This document shows positions 35,564 through 46,135 of a DNA stretch of 64,000 nt, piece by piece. The stretch covers positions 1,934,884 through 1,998,883 of the forward strand of contig JBFWNU010000001.1 in the NCBI GenBank assembly GCA_050250895.1, read 5' to 3'. The notes below the pieces were generated by a model. It made no database searches, had not been told where the DNA came from, and saw only the letters and a program-made list of their open reading frames with translations. Each line of letters begins with the position of its first letter. Positions within the stretch are counted from its first letter, which is position 1. The stretch comes from Vulcanimicrobiota bacterium. GTDB taxonomy: Bacteria; Vulcanimicrobiota; Xenobia; Xenobiales; JADMJV01. A program made the position numbers and the translations under genes.

Positions 35564-36781
35564 ATGCCCAGATTCGTCTACGACGCGCTGGACTACAAGG
35601 GTCGCGCCATCCAGGGCGAAGTCACCGCACCCGACATCGATACCGTCGTAGCCGATCTCCAGAAGATCCGCTATACGGTCACCAATGTTCGGGAGAAGAG
35701 CGAGGTGGTGGCCAAACTGGGCAACGTGCTGGGCAGTTTCCAGCGCGTCTCTTTCTATGCCCTGGCGGTGTTCACGCGGCAGCTGGCTACGCTGCTCGAC
35801 TCGGGTATTCCCATGCTGCGGGCCGTGCAGGGTCTCACTCAGCAGAACCTCAACGACCGGCTGACCCGGGCCGTAGTGTCGCTTCACAAGGACCTCAAGG
35901 AAGGGTTCGCCCTCTCCAGGGCTCTCTCGCGCCAGCCCGACGTCTTTAGCCCCATCTATGTGGCCATGGTGCGTGCCGGCGAGATGTCGGGCGCCATGGA
36001 CGAGATGCTGACCCGCCTGGCCAATCTGCTCGAACGCGAGTTTCGCCTGCGCAAGAAGGTGCAAGCAGCCACCACCTATCCCCTGGTGGTGTTCAGTATC
36101 TGCATGCTGGTCACGTTCTTTCTGGTCAACCACATCTTTCCGACCTTCATCAACCTCTTCCGAGGGCTGTCGGTCGAGCTGCCGCCCACCACCAGGGCTT
36201 TGATCACCATCACCGAGACCATGAACAACCCGATGGTGGTCATTCCCACTTTGCTCGGGCTCGTGGCCGCTCTGTTCTTGCTGAGCAAGTATTTCAAGAC
36301 TCCCATCGGCCGCCGGCAGTGGAGCTGGCTGATGCTCGAGCTACCCTGGCTCGGCGATGTCAATCGCAAGGTCGCGATGACTCGCATGTGCCGTACTCTG
36401 GGTACTCTCATCGATAGCGGCATTCCCATGCTCCATTCGCTGCAGATCGTGGCTTTTTCGGTGGGCAACGCCGTGCTCTCAGACATTCTCGAAGAGATCC
36501 AGGGCAGCATGAAGACGGGCATGCATCTCTCCTTGCGCATGGCCGATTATCGCATCTTTCCGCCTATGTTGGTCCATATGACCAAGGTCGGCGAAGAGAC
36601 CGGCAACATGTCGAAGATGCTCAGCAAATTGGCGGGCTTCTTCGATGAAGAGGTGGAGTACTCGCTGCAAGCCTTTACTTCGCTGATTGAACCCGTTATG
36701 ATCGTTTGTATGGGCACGCTGGTGCTTTTTGTGCTGGTAGCGGTGTTCCAGCCGATTTATAGTCTGATGGGGCAGTTTTAA
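35564..36781 (+). CDS. pilC: Type IV pilus/T2SS inner membrane platform protein (PilC/GspF)
   Basis: FTRQLATLLDSGIP, AGEMSG, VGEETG, IEP. Confidence 0.9.
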   Translation: MPRFVYDALDYKGRAIQGEVTAPDIDTVVADLQKIRYTVTNVREKSEVVAKLGNVLGSFQRVSFYALAVFTRQLATLLDSGIPMLRAVQGLTQQNLNDRLTRAVVSLHKDLKEGFALSRALSRQPDVFSPIYVAMVRAGEMSGAMDEMLTRLANLLEREFRLRKKVQAATTYPLVVFSICMLVTFFLVNHIFPTFINLFRGLSVELPPTTRALITITETMNNPMVVIPTLLGLVAALFLLSKYFKTPIGRRQWSWLMLELPWLGDVNRKVAMTRMCRTLGTLIDSGIPMLHSLQIVAFSVGNAVLSDILEEIQGSMKTGMHLSLRMADYRIFPPMLVHMTKVGEETGNMSKMLSKLAGFFDEEVEYSLQAFTSLIEPVMIVCMGTLVLFVLVAVFQPIYSLMGQF

Positions 36782-37200
36782 TGAAAAGATATCTCACCAT
36801 TTGTTTGCTGGTCCTGTTGACGGGGCTTCCCGGGTTGGCCGGCGTGGCTGGCGACAGCGAGGTTGTCCCCCACGACCCTGACGGACCGCCGGTGGTGAGC
36901 GAGTCACAGAGTCATCAGCAAGGCACCCCTGGCTCGGGCAGTTTGCGCTCGGCGGCCGAGTTCAACTCTGAAGTGCACGACACCGCTCTCTCGCGCCGCA
37001 CCGATGAGACCGCGGCCGCGGCCAACGGCACGGCCGTCAGGCCCGAGGACGGGGCTACTCCCGGAGCGCCGGGCGAGGCCGGCACTTACCCGCTGGTTCC
37101 CGGGGGCAACAGCACCTGGCCCATGCTGGCGATCGCCATCTTGCTGCTGCTGTTTGCCGGCGGAGGCGGCTATTATTTCTACGCCCGCAAGGAAGAGTGA
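36781..37200 (+). CDS. Hypothetical exported protein with C-terminal TM anchor
   Basis: Signal peptide; C-terminal TM plus basic tail. Confidence 0.65.
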   Translation: MKRYLTICLLVLLTGLPGLAGVAGDSEVVPHDPDGPPVVSESQSHQQGTPGSGSLRSAAEFNSEVHDTALSRRTDETAAAANGTAVRPEDGATPGAPGEAGTYPLVPGGNSTWPMLAIAILLLLFAGGGGYYFYARKEE

Positions 37201-37716
37201 GTGGGCTACTGCCCCGAGTGTCTACAAGAACGGGTTGACGAACTGGCGCGGTGCCCTCTGGACCGCGCTTTTTACGTCGAGGTCCATTGTGGGTCATGCG
37301 GGGCTGAAGGCTGGCCGCGCGAGAGATTCTGCGGGGCCTGCGGTCAGCCGATCGAACAGGCTGCGCTGACCAGCCCTCTCGAGCCCGCGTCGCTGGGGCG
37401 GCGGGTGGTGGCCGCCCTGGTCGACGGTCTGGCCCTGTTCATCATCTTCACGTCGTTGGTCGAATCTCGTCTGCCGGCCGGCCTGTTGCCGTTAGCCTGG
37501 CTCGGTTACTACGTCGTCTTTCAGGCCGGCGGGCGGCGCACGGTGGGCCAGGCCCTGGTGGGCACCCTGGTTCTGAGCGAGAAGTTCCAGCTTCTGGGGT
37601 GGGGCACGAGCACGCTGCGTAGCCTCGCTTCGCTGCTGGGATGGCTGGCTCTGTTCGGGCTGGACCTGCCGGCCCGCTGGACCAAGACCTGCGAATGGCG
37701 GGTTCCTGAGCTTTGA
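37201..37716 (+). CDS. RDD-family protein with zinc ribbon
   Basis: CxxC pairs; ASLGRRVVAALVD; RTVGQ. Confidence 0.75.
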   Translation: MGYCPECLQERVDELARCPLDRAFYVEVHCGSCGAEGWPRERFCGACGQPIEQAALTSPLEPASLGRRVVAALVDGLALFIIFTSLVESRLPAGLLPLAWLGYYVVFQAGGRRTVGQALVGTLVLSEKFQLLGWGTSTLRSLASLLGWLALFGLDLPARWTKTCEWRVPEL

Positions 37717-38510
37717 CGGGAGTGGCCCTGAGCCTTGTTCCGGCGGCTTTTTGGCTGTGGTATCTCGCCGGCCTGGGCTCGAAGCAGCCCGGCTCGGGAC
37801 GAGCTTGTCTGGCCGCCTTCGGGCTTGGCTTGTTGTCTCCGTTGGTGGTGCTGGCCCTGCCGGCCCCCGCCATGCCCAACCAGGTGTTGAGCTTGCTGGT
37901 TTTCTTCGTGGTCGCGGTGGGCCTGGTGGAGGAGACCAGCAAGATGTTGGTGGGGTTGCTGGCGGTCAAGCTATTGAAGCGCCGGGACACCATCGACGCC
38001 TTGCTGCTGGGTGGGTGCGTCGCCCTGGGCTTTGCCACCACCGAGAACGTGGTCTATGTGCACAGGTTTGGCGAGACGGTCATTCTCGGGCGCGCCATGA
38101 TGAGCACTTTCGGGCACGTGCTGATGTCGGCGTTTTGGGCGTTTGCTCTGACCGCCGGGGCCAGGCGACTGGTCGGTGGTCTGGTGGCTGCGGCCGTGGT
38201 GCACGGCCTCTATGATTGGCTGCTGATGATCGGCTGGGGATGGGCGGCGGTGGGCTTTTTGCTACTGCTGTGGTCGATCTTTCGGGTCAGGGTGGTAACC
38301 GGCCATCTCGAGGCGAGCCATCGCGTCTTCGTCACCCGCAAGGTGGTCGAGTGTCGGGCTTGCCACACTCTGGTTCGGGCCGAGGTGGCCTACTGCACCC
38401 AGTGCGGCAAAGCCCGCGCGGGCGATGAGAAGATCGCTTGTCGCAATTGTTTGGTGACGGTCGACCCGGATGCCCCCAGTTGCCCGGGCTGCGAATGCCG
38501 CTTCGCCTAG
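37713..38510 (+). CDS. PrsW-family intramembrane protease with zinc ribbons
   Basis: VEETSK, GFATTEN, HGLYD; C-terminal CxxC. Confidence 0.85.
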   Translation: MTGVALSLVPAAFWLWYLAGLGSKQPGSGRACLAAFGLGLLSPLVVLALPAPAMPNQVLSLLVFFVVAVGLVEETSKMLVGLLAVKLLKRRDTIDALLLGGCVALGFATTENVVYVHRFGETVILGRAMMSTFGHVLMSAFWAFALTAGARRLVGGLVAAAVVHGLYDWLLMIGWGWAAVGFLLLLWSIFRVRVVTGHLEASHRVFVTRKVVECRACHTLVRAEVAYCTQCGKARAGDEKIACRNCLVTVDPDAPSCPGCECRFA

Positions 38511-40921
38511 CGCGGTAGGATTTCTTGGACGATGTCTTCGCGCTCTTCGAGCGGCGGTGAGGCCGTGACCCGGTTGCGGCCGCCGCGCTTGGAGACATAA
38601 AGGGCGTCGTCGGCGGCCTTGGCCAGGTCTTTCTTGGTGACCGCGTCGGTAGGGAAGCAGGCCATGCCGATGGAGGCCGTGACCACCACTTTGTTGCCGC
38701 CGAAGCGCAGTTGGAACGCCTCGCGGATGCGCTCGCACATCTTGAGGGCGTCGTCCTTGAGCGTCTCGCGCAGGAGCAGGGCGAACTCGTCACCACCATA
38801 GCGGCAGACGATGTCGGTGCTACGCACTTTGTCCTTGAGCAATACCGCGATCTCTTTGAGCAGGGCGTCGCCCTGAGGGTGGCCCAGGGTGTCGTTGTAA
38901 GTCTTGAAGTTGTCGGTGTCGACCATGACCAGGCAGAAGGGACGATTGTGGCGTTCGCTCCACTCGATCTCGTCCGAGAGCTTCTCTTGGAAGAGGCGGT
39001 GGGTGTAGAGGCCGGTCAAGCCGTCGGTCAGCGCCATCTGCTGGGTCTGTTCGTAGAGGCGAGCGTTCTTGAGGGCCATCGCGGTTTGGTAGGATACCGT
39101 CTCGATCAGGTTGCGATGCTCTTCGGTAAAGGCGTTTTCGCGCGAGGCCCCGACATAGAGGCAACCCAGCACTTCGTCTTCTTTATTGCCGGTCTCGGTG
39201 GGCGCCAGCAAAGGAGCCACCACTACCGAACGTTCGCCCTCGAGCAGGTTTTGAATCTCGTAGTGTTGGGTGTCTTGAATCAGCACCGTGCTGCGATTCT
39301 TTTTGGCCGTGCCCAGCAGGCCCTCGTCGTCACGCAGGGCCAGGTTCTTGACGAAGTGAGCGTAAGGAGTCAGCGAGAATTCGGCCTTCATAGCGTGCTT
39401 GTCCTTGCGATCCTGGGTGAACATGATGACGCTCTGCGAGTCGGGAATCATCTGCTTGAGGCTGTTGGCCACGACCTTCATGGTCTTGGCGGGGTTGAGG
39501 GTCTCGCCCATCTGCTGACCCATCTTTTGCAGCCCCGCCAGTTGGCGGTTCTTGGCTTCGACGGCTTCGCGGATCTTGCGCTCGCGGTCGACCTCGTCTT
39601 CTTTCTCTTCGAACAGCATCGCGGTCTTCACCGAGGGAGCGGCGAAGGCGGCCAGCATCTTGAGCGTGGCCAGATGCTCTTCTTTGTGGGTGCCGGCGCG
39701 GATCGAACCGACATAGATGACCCCCACGCTCTCGGAGCCCAGCGAGAGGGGCACACACAAAACCGACTTTTCGTCTTTGAAGATTCGCCCCTCCGAGGAC
39801 GAACTCATGTCGCTCACCAGCTTGGGCTTCTGCTGCTCGACCACCTCTTGGATGAGGTCCTCTTCGAGTTTGAGCAGATGCGACATGGCAAGCAGTTCGC
39901 GATAGGGCGTCTCGGCCAGGGCCGGCGAGAGCTGTCCGTCGCGGTTGAGCAAAATTACGCAAGACTGGTAGGGGATTCGCAGGCGGCGGATCATCGAGTG
40001 GATGACCTGCATCGTCTCCTCGAGCTTGGTCGAGGCGCCCAGGTTGGAGGCCATCTGGTACACCGACTCGAGTTCCTTGCCTTTGACCTCGGCCTCCTGG
40101 CTGAGACGGTCGATGGTTTGCTGAGCCATCTTGGACTGATACTCGGCGCTCTTGAGCTTGGTCTCGAGGGCTTGCTGGTCTTTGACCACCACTTCGTCGA
40201 TCGAGTATCGGAGGGCGCCTTTGATGGCCAGGCCCAGTAGGGAGGCCAGGCTGATGCCGATCACCCCGGCCAGAGCGGTGAAACTAAAACCGGCGCCCAA
40301 CAGCGCCAGCACGACCGGCAGGGGCAGAAGAAACCGGTTTTGCGAGAGTACATTCTGCCAGGAATGAACGTCGGCGGGTTCTTCGACGGCCGAGGTGATG
40401 GGGTTGACCAACAGCTGGTCGATGGCTAGCCAAACGCCGATACCGGCCAGGGCGCCCACCAGCAGAGCCAGGGTGTCCGAGCCAAGGGCTTCGAGCAAGA
40501 CCACTTTGACGGCCACCGATACGCCGCCGACCGCCGCCACTCGCAAAGCGTTGATGCCCAAATAGGCGATGCGCGTCTCGATGCTGGCCGGCGGCATGAC
40601 CAGCCGGATCAGGAAGGGGACGATAGCCACCACCAATCCCACGGCGATGGCGCCGACCGGTGAGCCGCTGTGGTGAAAGACTGCGTAGAGATAGGTCGGC
40701 AGCGCCAGGGAAAGGTAGCCGTAGTGGATCAGGGGGGTCGAGAGCAATTCGAAGACCACGGCCAGAACCACCAGTGGAGCCAGGCCCATCAGCAAAGCGC
40801 CAGCGGACCCGGCCTGGGTGAGACCAATGAACTTGACTACTGCAAAAAGCAGCAGTAGAGCCCCCAGCAGACCTATTCCGCCGGCGGCTGCTCTGGCGTT
40901 TGAGTTTTCTTGTTGGCTCAA
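38507..40921 (-). CDS. Membrane GAF-GAF-GGDEF diguanylate cyclase
   Basis: TDGLTGL, DNFKTYNDTLGH, RYGGDEF. Confidence 0.9.
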   Translation of the reverse strand: MSQQENSNARAAAGGIGLLGALLLLFAVVKFIGLTQAGSAGALLMGLAPLVVLAVVFELLSTPLIHYGYLSLALPTYLYAVFHHSGSPVGAIAVGLVVAIVPFLIRLVMPPASIETRIAYLGINALRVAAVGGVSVAVKVVLLEALGSDTLALLVGALAGIGVWLAIDQLLVNPITSAVEEPADVHSWQNVLSQNRFLLPLPVVLALLGAGFSFTALAGVIGISLASLLGLAIKGALRYSIDEVVVKDQQALETKLKSAEYQSKMAQQTIDRLSQEAEVKGKELESVYQMASNLGASTKLEETMQVIHSMIRRLRIPYQSCVILLNRDGQLSPALAETPYRELLAMSHLLKLEEDLIQEVVEQQKPKLVSDMSSSSEGRIFKDEKSVLCVPLSLGSESVGVIYVGSIRAGTHKEEHLATLKMLAAFAAPSVKTAMLFEEKEDEVDRERKIREAVEAKNRQLAGLQKMGQQMGETLNPAKTMKVVANSLKQMIPDSQSVIMFTQDRKDKHAMKAEFSLTPYAHFVKNLALRDDEGLLGTAKKNRSTVLIQDTQHYEIQNLLEGERSVVVAPLLAPTETGNKEDEVLGCLYVGASRENAFTEEHRNLIETVSYQTAMALKNARLYEQTQQMALTDGLTGLYTHRLFQEKLSDEIEWSERHNRPFCLVMVDTDNFKTYNDTLGHPQGDALLKEIAVLLKDKVRSTDIVCRYGGDEFALLLRETLKDDALKMCERIREAFQLRFGGNKVVVTASIGMACFPTDAVTKKDLAKAADDALYVSKRGGRNRVTASPPLEEREDIVQEILPR

Positions 40922-40925
40922 CGGT

Positions 40926-41990
40926 TCACCACGTAACTGACCGAATGTCAGGCTCCCTAATAGAGTTCCCTAGCTCGCTGGCACTTCCCTTCCGGGTTGC
41001 GTTACCCGACGAAAAATGTTGGGTTACTCCCTCGGCAGAAGTGGTGACGACGAGGCGCACCGGGTAGCTGGAGGCTCCTTCAGGCAGAGTCAGCAGCTCC
41101 AGGGTCGACTCACCGGGTGGCACGATCCACTCTCCTAGTAGGGCGAGTTTGTGGGCCAGGGTGTTGGCTACCTCCAGCAAGCGAGTCCCGTCCCAAAACG
41201 TGGCCGTGGCTTCGCCTCCACGGGGATTGACCTCGATGCGCAGCCGGGCTGGCCGCGAGGTGTCGTTCTGGAGGTGGAGCCGGATGCGATAGAGCACTCC
41301 GTAGTCGCCGCGTAGTTCGGTGGTTTCCCACAGGTTGGCCTGGCGCACAGCCCCAAAGGCTATGTTGAGGGCGGGGTCACCCAGCCGATAGCCTCGCTCG
41401 ATACGCTGGTCGGCTACGGGATAGATACCGCGGGCGTGCACGTCTTTAGGGTCGCTTTGCAGGCTCATGCCGACCTGTTCGCCCGGATGGGACAGGGCGA
41501 ACAGCCCGAAGATCAACGGAGGCCCGTCAAGCTGCAAGAGTTGGGCCGTCCCGCTGACAACCTTTTCGCTAGGGAAAGGGTGGTCGGCCAGTTCCAGCCA
41601 GCTTCCCGGCTCGATTTGCCGAGGCTCCAGGTAGCCGGTGGCCAGGTTGGTCAAGAAGCGGACGTTGTTGCGGTGGCCAGCCAGGAAATAGTCCTCGGAG
41701 GGTCCGCCCGAGCCGCTTACCAGACTCAGGCTCGCTTGGCCCGGGCCCGGGTTGTAGACCCGCAGGCTCAGGCGTGCCGGCTCCGGCATCTTGCTCAGGT
41801 GATAGTATTGAAAGCGGAGCGGCTTGAGGGGGACCAGTCCGCCGCTGTAAAGCTGGCCGGCCTGGTGGACCGTCTCGGGATGATCGCTGAAGGCCAACGC
41901 CTGGACAGGAAGACGAGGCAGCTCCTGGGCCTCCACCATGGTCGCCAGGGCGACCAGCCAGAGCAGGCTAAGACTTAGGAGCCAGCGCAT
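40926..41990 (-). CDS. Hypothetical secreted protein
   Basis: Signal peptide; FSDHPE..GDYGVLY..NPRGG. Confidence 0.7.
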   Translation of the reverse strand: MRWLLSLSLLWLVALATMVEAQELPRLPVQALAFSDHPETVHQAGQLYSGGLVPLKPLRFQYYHLSKMPEPARLSLRVYNPGPGQASLSLVSGSGGPSEDYFLAGHRNNVRFLTNLATGYLEPRQIEPGSWLELADHPFPSEKVVSGTAQLLQLDGPPLIFGLFALSHPGEQVGMSLQSDPKDVHARGIYPVADQRIERGYRLGDPALNIAFGAVRQANLWETTELRGDYGVLYRIRLHLQNDTSRPARLRIEVNPRGGEATATFWDGTRLLEVANTLAHKLALLGEWIVPPGESTLELLTLPEGASSYPVRLVVTTSAEGVTQHFSSGNATRKGSASELGNSIREPDIRSVTW

Positions 41991-42960
41991 CGAGCGTCTT
42001 CACGACCTGGGACATGCTTTTAGCCTCGATAATCTCGATCGGCAGCTGCACCGAGCGCGCCTCGACCAGGTTCTCGCTAGGGCAAAGAAAGTGGGTGGCC
42101 CCGGCCCGATGAGCGGCGACCACCTTGAGGTCGACCCCGCTGACCGGACCGATCTGGCCGCGGGGGCCGATGGTGCCTGTGCCCGCGATGCGATAGCCGC
42201 GGGTCAGGTCTTCTTTCGTGAGCTGGTTATAGATTTCCAGCGAGAACATCAGGCCGGCCGACGCTCCGCTGATATTGCCTGGCTTGATTTCGATGTCGAC
42301 CGGCAGGCGGGGGGCGTCGAGTTCGGTCTTGATCTGGACTCCGATCAGCCGCCTCCCGCCCTTCTGATAGGTCGGCACCTCGGTCGCCGCCTGCTCGCCG
42401 TCACGCACGAATTGGACCGGCAGGTTACTGGACGTATCGGACTGTAAGGCCTGCACGAGTTCCTCGGCGGTGCGGACCTGCTTGCCTCCGGCCGAGGTGA
42501 TGATGTCGCCCGCCTCGAGCTTGCCCTGGGCGGGACTTTCGGGCAGGACCGAGAGAATTCTGGCCCCGCTGGGCCGAGGGGACACGCTGTACCCAGCCAT
42601 TTCGAGGGCGGCCCACTTGGCCAGAAACTGGCTGACCTCCATTTGCTGGTCGCCAGCGTCAGCGCTCTCGCGGGCTTCGCCGCTGGGCACCAGTTCGGCG
42701 AAAGGGTCGATGGCCGCGTAGAGACAGTAAAGCAGATTGGCGCGGTCGTAAATGACGGTCGTGAGCAAGAACTGGCCCTGGGCGGGATAGGTTGTGGCCT
42801 GACGAATGGAGACCATCGAGTGGACTTCGCTGGCTCGACCTGGGGCTCTCAAGACATAGGGCGTGTCGATGAAATGCGCCGCCAGTCCTAACAGGGTAGC
42901 CAGTAGCACCCCGTGGAAGACCCTCGTCAACAAGCTGCGTTGTTTGAGAAATTCGGTCAA
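41968..42960 (-). CDS. PDZ + Lon-like (S16) protease, YlbL-like
   Basis: SPA..LEAGDII PDZ; GASAGLMFSL; IAGTGTI..GVDLK. Confidence 0.85.
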   Translation of the reverse strand: MTEFLKQRSLLTRVFHGVLLATLLGLAAHFIDTPYVLRAPGRASEVHSMVSIRQATTYPAQGQFLLTTVIYDRANLLYCLYAAIDPFAELVPSGEARESADAGDQQMEVSQFLAKWAALEMAGYSVSPRPSGARILSVLPESPAQGKLEAGDIITSAGGKQVRTAEELVQALQSDTSSNLPVQFVRDGEQAATEVPTYQKGGRRLIGVQIKTELDAPRLPVDIEIKPGNISGASAGLMFSLEIYNQLTKEDLTRGYRIAGTGTIGPRGQIGPVSGVDLKVVAAHRAGATHFLCPSENLVEARSVQLPIEIIEAKSMSQVVKTLDALAPKS

Positions 42961-43023
42961 TCAGCCTCGCGTAGGACGCGCTACACCCCTGCGATGCTTC
43001 GACGATGACGAAGCGAAACCCCT

Positions 43024-43608
43024 CTAGGCGGGGGTGTCGCCGAGCGATTCCTGACCCTGCTTGACGATGGAAAGAATCTTGGAGAGTTCGTTTTCCATCC
43101 CGCCCAGAATCTTCATCGCGTAGCGGTCCGCCTCTTCCCGGGTCCGGCGGGCGAAACGTTCTGCTTCGTTACGAGTTCTGGAGGCATATTCGTCGGCCTC
43201 ACGACGGACTTTATCAGCTTCGGTTTCGGCCAGGGTCATGATTTGTTCGGCTTCTCGCTGAGCCTTGATAAGGATCTCTTCTTTTTGGACCCGTCGCATC
43301 GTCTCGGCTTCAGCCTCTTTGAGGATGTCGCGAGCTTTGGTCTGAGCCTCACGCATGACGCGCTCGGCCTTACTGGTAGACTCAACGGCGATGCGCTTTG
43401 TTTCTCGCGAAATCCAGCGGGCCTGGTGGACCTCTTCAGGAATCGTTTCACGGGTGCGTTCGAGTAGTCGTAGCAACTTTTCTTTGTTGATCAAAGAGCG
43501 GTTCTGCATGGGCCAGGGTAGAGGTTTGCTCTCGGAGACGGCCTCTTCGAGGCTATCTAGGACTGCAAAAACGCTGGTGAGTTGTTCTTGGGTGCGGGGG
43601 TCAGTCAC
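43024..43608 (-). CDS. DivIVA-like coiled-coil protein
   Basis: IPEEVHQA..EADRYA; position after coaD. Confidence 0.7.
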   Translation of the reverse strand: MTDPRTQEQLTSVFAVLDSLEEAVSESKPLPWPMQNRSLINKEKLLRLLERTRETIPEEVHQARWISRETKRIAVESTSKAERVMREAQTKARDILKEAEAETMRRVQKEEILIKAQREAEQIMTLAETEADKVRREADEYASRTRNEAERFARRTREEADRYAMKILGGMENELSKILSIVKQGQESLGDTPA

Positions 43609-44134
43609 GGTCGACCTTCTGTCCTCTCTCTGGTTTGGTGGAGAAACCGTATTTCTCTTGTAGGCGGCGGTGGACGCAGGGGGGGACCATCGTCTGGACC
43701 TGGCCACCCAGGGATGCGATCTCTTTGACCGAGCTGGAACTCAAGAAGGCGTGCTGGACCGACGTCATCAGAAACACGGTATCGACATCGGGTGCCATGT
43801 CTCGGTTAAGCATCGCCATCTGGAATTCGAATTCGAAGTCGGAAAGGGCTCTCAGGCCCTTGACGATGAGCTGGGCTTGACTCTGGTGGACGAAGTCCAC
43901 CAACAGCCCGGTGAAGGAGTCGGTTCTGACCCCGTCGAGATTGCCCAGCGATTGCTCGATCATCACCTGGCGCTCTTCGATGGTGAAGAGCGGCTCTTTG
44001 TTGGGATTGCGAACGACGGCCACGATCAACTCGTCGACCAGGGGGCGGGCCCGCTGGATGACATCGATATGACCGTTGGTGACAGGGTCGAAGCTGCCGG
44101 GGTAGACTGCCCTTCGCAATTGAAAATCCCTCAA
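43601..44134 (-). CDS. coaD: Phosphopantetheine adenylyltransferase
   Basis: YPGSFDPVTNGH, GLR..DFEFE, SSSSVKE. Confidence 0.95.
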   Translation of the reverse strand: MRDFQLRRAVYPGSFDPVTNGHIDVIQRARPLVDELIVAVVRNPNKEPLFTIEERQVMIEQSLGNLDGVRTDSFTGLLVDFVHQSQAQLIVKGLRALSDFEFEFQMAMLNRDMAPDVDTVFLMTSVQHAFLSSSSVKEIASLGGQVQTMVPPCVHRRLQEKYGFSTKPERGQKVDRD

Positions 44135-44153
44135 TGTGATCTAGAAAAAAATT

Positions 44154-45473
44154 CTACACGCTGAGGGAAGTTCCTTCTCGTAGGAGGGAGCCATCGGGCA
44201 CGAGCCTCGGCTCGGAGGTGGGGTTGTCCAGCTCGACCCGGCCTTCCACGGTGACCTGGCGCCCGAAGCGAAAGGGTCCGTTGATGGTGAGTTGGCGACA
44301 ATTGAGCAGCGACGGTGGATGAGGAATGAGCTCTTCGAGCTGGGCGATGGTCTGATAATGACGGGGGTCGAGCGCCACTTCGGGCAGTTCGGCAGAACTC
44401 GCTTCAAAGTGAGAATCGTCGCCGAGGTGATAAGCATCGGAGCGCACCACCAACAGGTCGGCGGTGGTCTTGACCGGGGCGAAGCGAGTGCGCGGCACCT
44501 CGAGGGCCAGGGCGCCGGCAAGGCTGCCGATGGCGGCCCCCATGGCGGTTTCGAGTTGAATGACCATCTCCGAGTCGGGTTCGTCCGGCTTGACCGGTTT
44601 GCGATTGACGATCAAAGGCAGGGTCGGGGTCGTGTGGGCGATGGCTTCCAGGTCGAGCCAGAGATTGTTGGTGTTGAAGTAGCGGTGGCGACGGATGTCT
44701 TGAAAGGACTGGCGGTCCTGGTCGGGGCACTGGGCCAGCTCTCTTAGGATGAGCGACCCCTGGCGGCGGGCCAGGTGGCCGCCTTTGCGGTCCGACGGCG
44801 TGCGGCGAGTCACCTCCATGAGAAAAGGAGCGCCGGTGGCCACGAACCAGGCCAGGATGCGGGCGTCGAGGGTGGCGCCGAGGTTGTCGATATTAGAGAC
44901 GAAAGCGTAGCGGCGCCCGGCCGCCAGCAGTTGCTCAAGCAGGCCCGAATCTTTCAGCGACGGATACAGGTCGCCGTGGCCCGGGGGGCACCACTCGTAG
45001 TGCGATTCGGGGTGCTCGGCCGGGGTCAGGTCGGGTCGAATCTTGGGGGTCTGGGATTGCAGAAACTCGAGCGGCAGGTCCTGCTCGAGCTGGTGCCTCT
45101 CTAATCGGGCCAAGCTCTCCTGGCTGGTGTTGAAGCTGTTCATCAGCACCAGGGGGACGCCCACAGGTTGCACCTGTTTGACCACGATGTCGAGAAAGCT
45201 CAGGCCCGGACGAACCTCGATCAGGCTCTTCGGCCCGTTGAGGCCCATGCTGGTACCGAGTCCTCCGTTGAGCTTGATCACTACCGCCTGCCCCAGAGGG
45301 GCGGTGTCGGCGGGCAGCTCTTCTAAGGAGGGAACACTCTCCACCGGCTCGATGTCGGACTCGGCCAACCAGCCTTGTTCGCCCTGTTCAAATCGCTTGA
45401 GGTTGGCCAGAAAACGAGCTATCTGAGCGGGGGTCGAGCCCGCTCTCTCCATCTTTTCTCGAAAGGCTTGCAA
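44154..45473 (-). CDS. UTP--glucose-1-phosphate uridylyltransferase (UDPGP family, eukaryote-like)
   Basis: KLNGGLGTSMG..PKS, LMNSFNT, WCPPGHGD, SNIDNLGA, QLETAMG, RFAPVK. Confidence 0.9.
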   Translation of the reverse strand: MQAFREKMERAGSTPAQIARFLANLKRFEQGEQGWLAESDIEPVESVPSLEELPADTAPLGQAVVIKLNGGLGTSMGLNGPKSLIEVRPGLSFLDIVVKQVQPVGVPLVLMNSFNTSQESLARLERHQLEQDLPLEFLQSQTPKIRPDLTPAEHPESHYEWCPPGHGDLYPSLKDSGLLEQLLAAGRRYAFVSNIDNLGATLDARILAWFVATGAPFLMEVTRRTPSDRKGGHLARRQGSLILRELAQCPDQDRQSFQDIRRHRYFNTNNLWLDLEAIAHTTPTLPLIVNRKPVKPDEPDSEMVIQLETAMGAAIGSLAGALALEVPRTRFAPVKTTADLLVVRSDAYHLGDDSHFEASSAELPEVALDPRHYQTIAQLEELIPHPPSLLNCRQLTINGPFRFGRQVTVEGRVELDNPTSEPRLVPDGSLLREGTSLSV

Positions 45474-45475
45474 CT

Positions 45476-46135
45476 TTAGTTGTAGTTGAACTTCAGCTCG
45501 TAAGAGATGCGAGTCCACTGGCCATCCAGCAAGATCTCTCCGCGGCTGCCAACGCCGTTGACGATGGGAGCGCCATAGCCATAGCCGGCATAACCCGGGT
45601 AGTTATAGTTGGGGGCGGCGGCCTCGTTTTCGAAAAGCTTGAACTCGACGGTGCGACTCTGGCCCGGAGCCAATGACCCCACCGGACGTGCCACGGCCGA
45701 GACTTCCTGCAGGGTCGAGTCTTTGAAGATGCAGATCGCTTCGACATCGTTGGCCTGGGTGCTACCCCGGTTGATAACCGTGGCCAGGACCCGAGCGTTG
45801 GTGCCGGTGGTGTATTTCTTTTCCCAGACGACCTTGAGGTAGGGGCGATCGGCCTGGGGGGGCAAGACCTGACTGGGGCTGGCTGCCGAGGGGTCGGGGG
45901 CGCCCACCACCACCGACGCGGTGCGGTTGGCTTCGTCGTAACGGTACTGGCCGTTGGTTGCGCTGGCCACATCTTCCAGGGGAACATAGATGCGACCTTT
46001 GTACCACAAGGCTTTGCCCGTGACCCGATAGCCGTTGACGAAGACCGTCAGAGCCTCGGGCGCTTTGGCCAGGACCGGCAGGGCGGCCACCATGAAGACG
46101 GCCAGCAGCAAGCCGATGCGAGTCTTTCTGTTCAC
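45476..46135 (-). CDS. Secreted protein (stalk-like N-domain + Ig-like domain)
   Basis: Signal peptide; GRIYVPLEDVA; LAPGQSRTVEF. Confidence 0.65.
   Translation of the reverse strand: MNRKTRIGLLLAVFMVAALPVLAKAPEALTVFVNGYRVTGKALWYKGRIYVPLEDVASATNGQYRYDEANRTASVVVGAPDPSAASPSQVLPPQADRPYLKVVWEKKYTTGTNARVLATVINRGSTQANDVEAICIFKDSTLQEVSAVARPVGSLAPGQSRTVEFKLFENEAAAPNYNYPGYAGYGYGAPIVNGVGSRGEILLDGQWTRISYELKFNYN

Noticed and set aside
38711-40240. Long antisense ORFs (also 22730-24190, 54661-56193, 4745-5569)
   Set aside because: High-GC shadow frames opposite well-supported genes; no motifs
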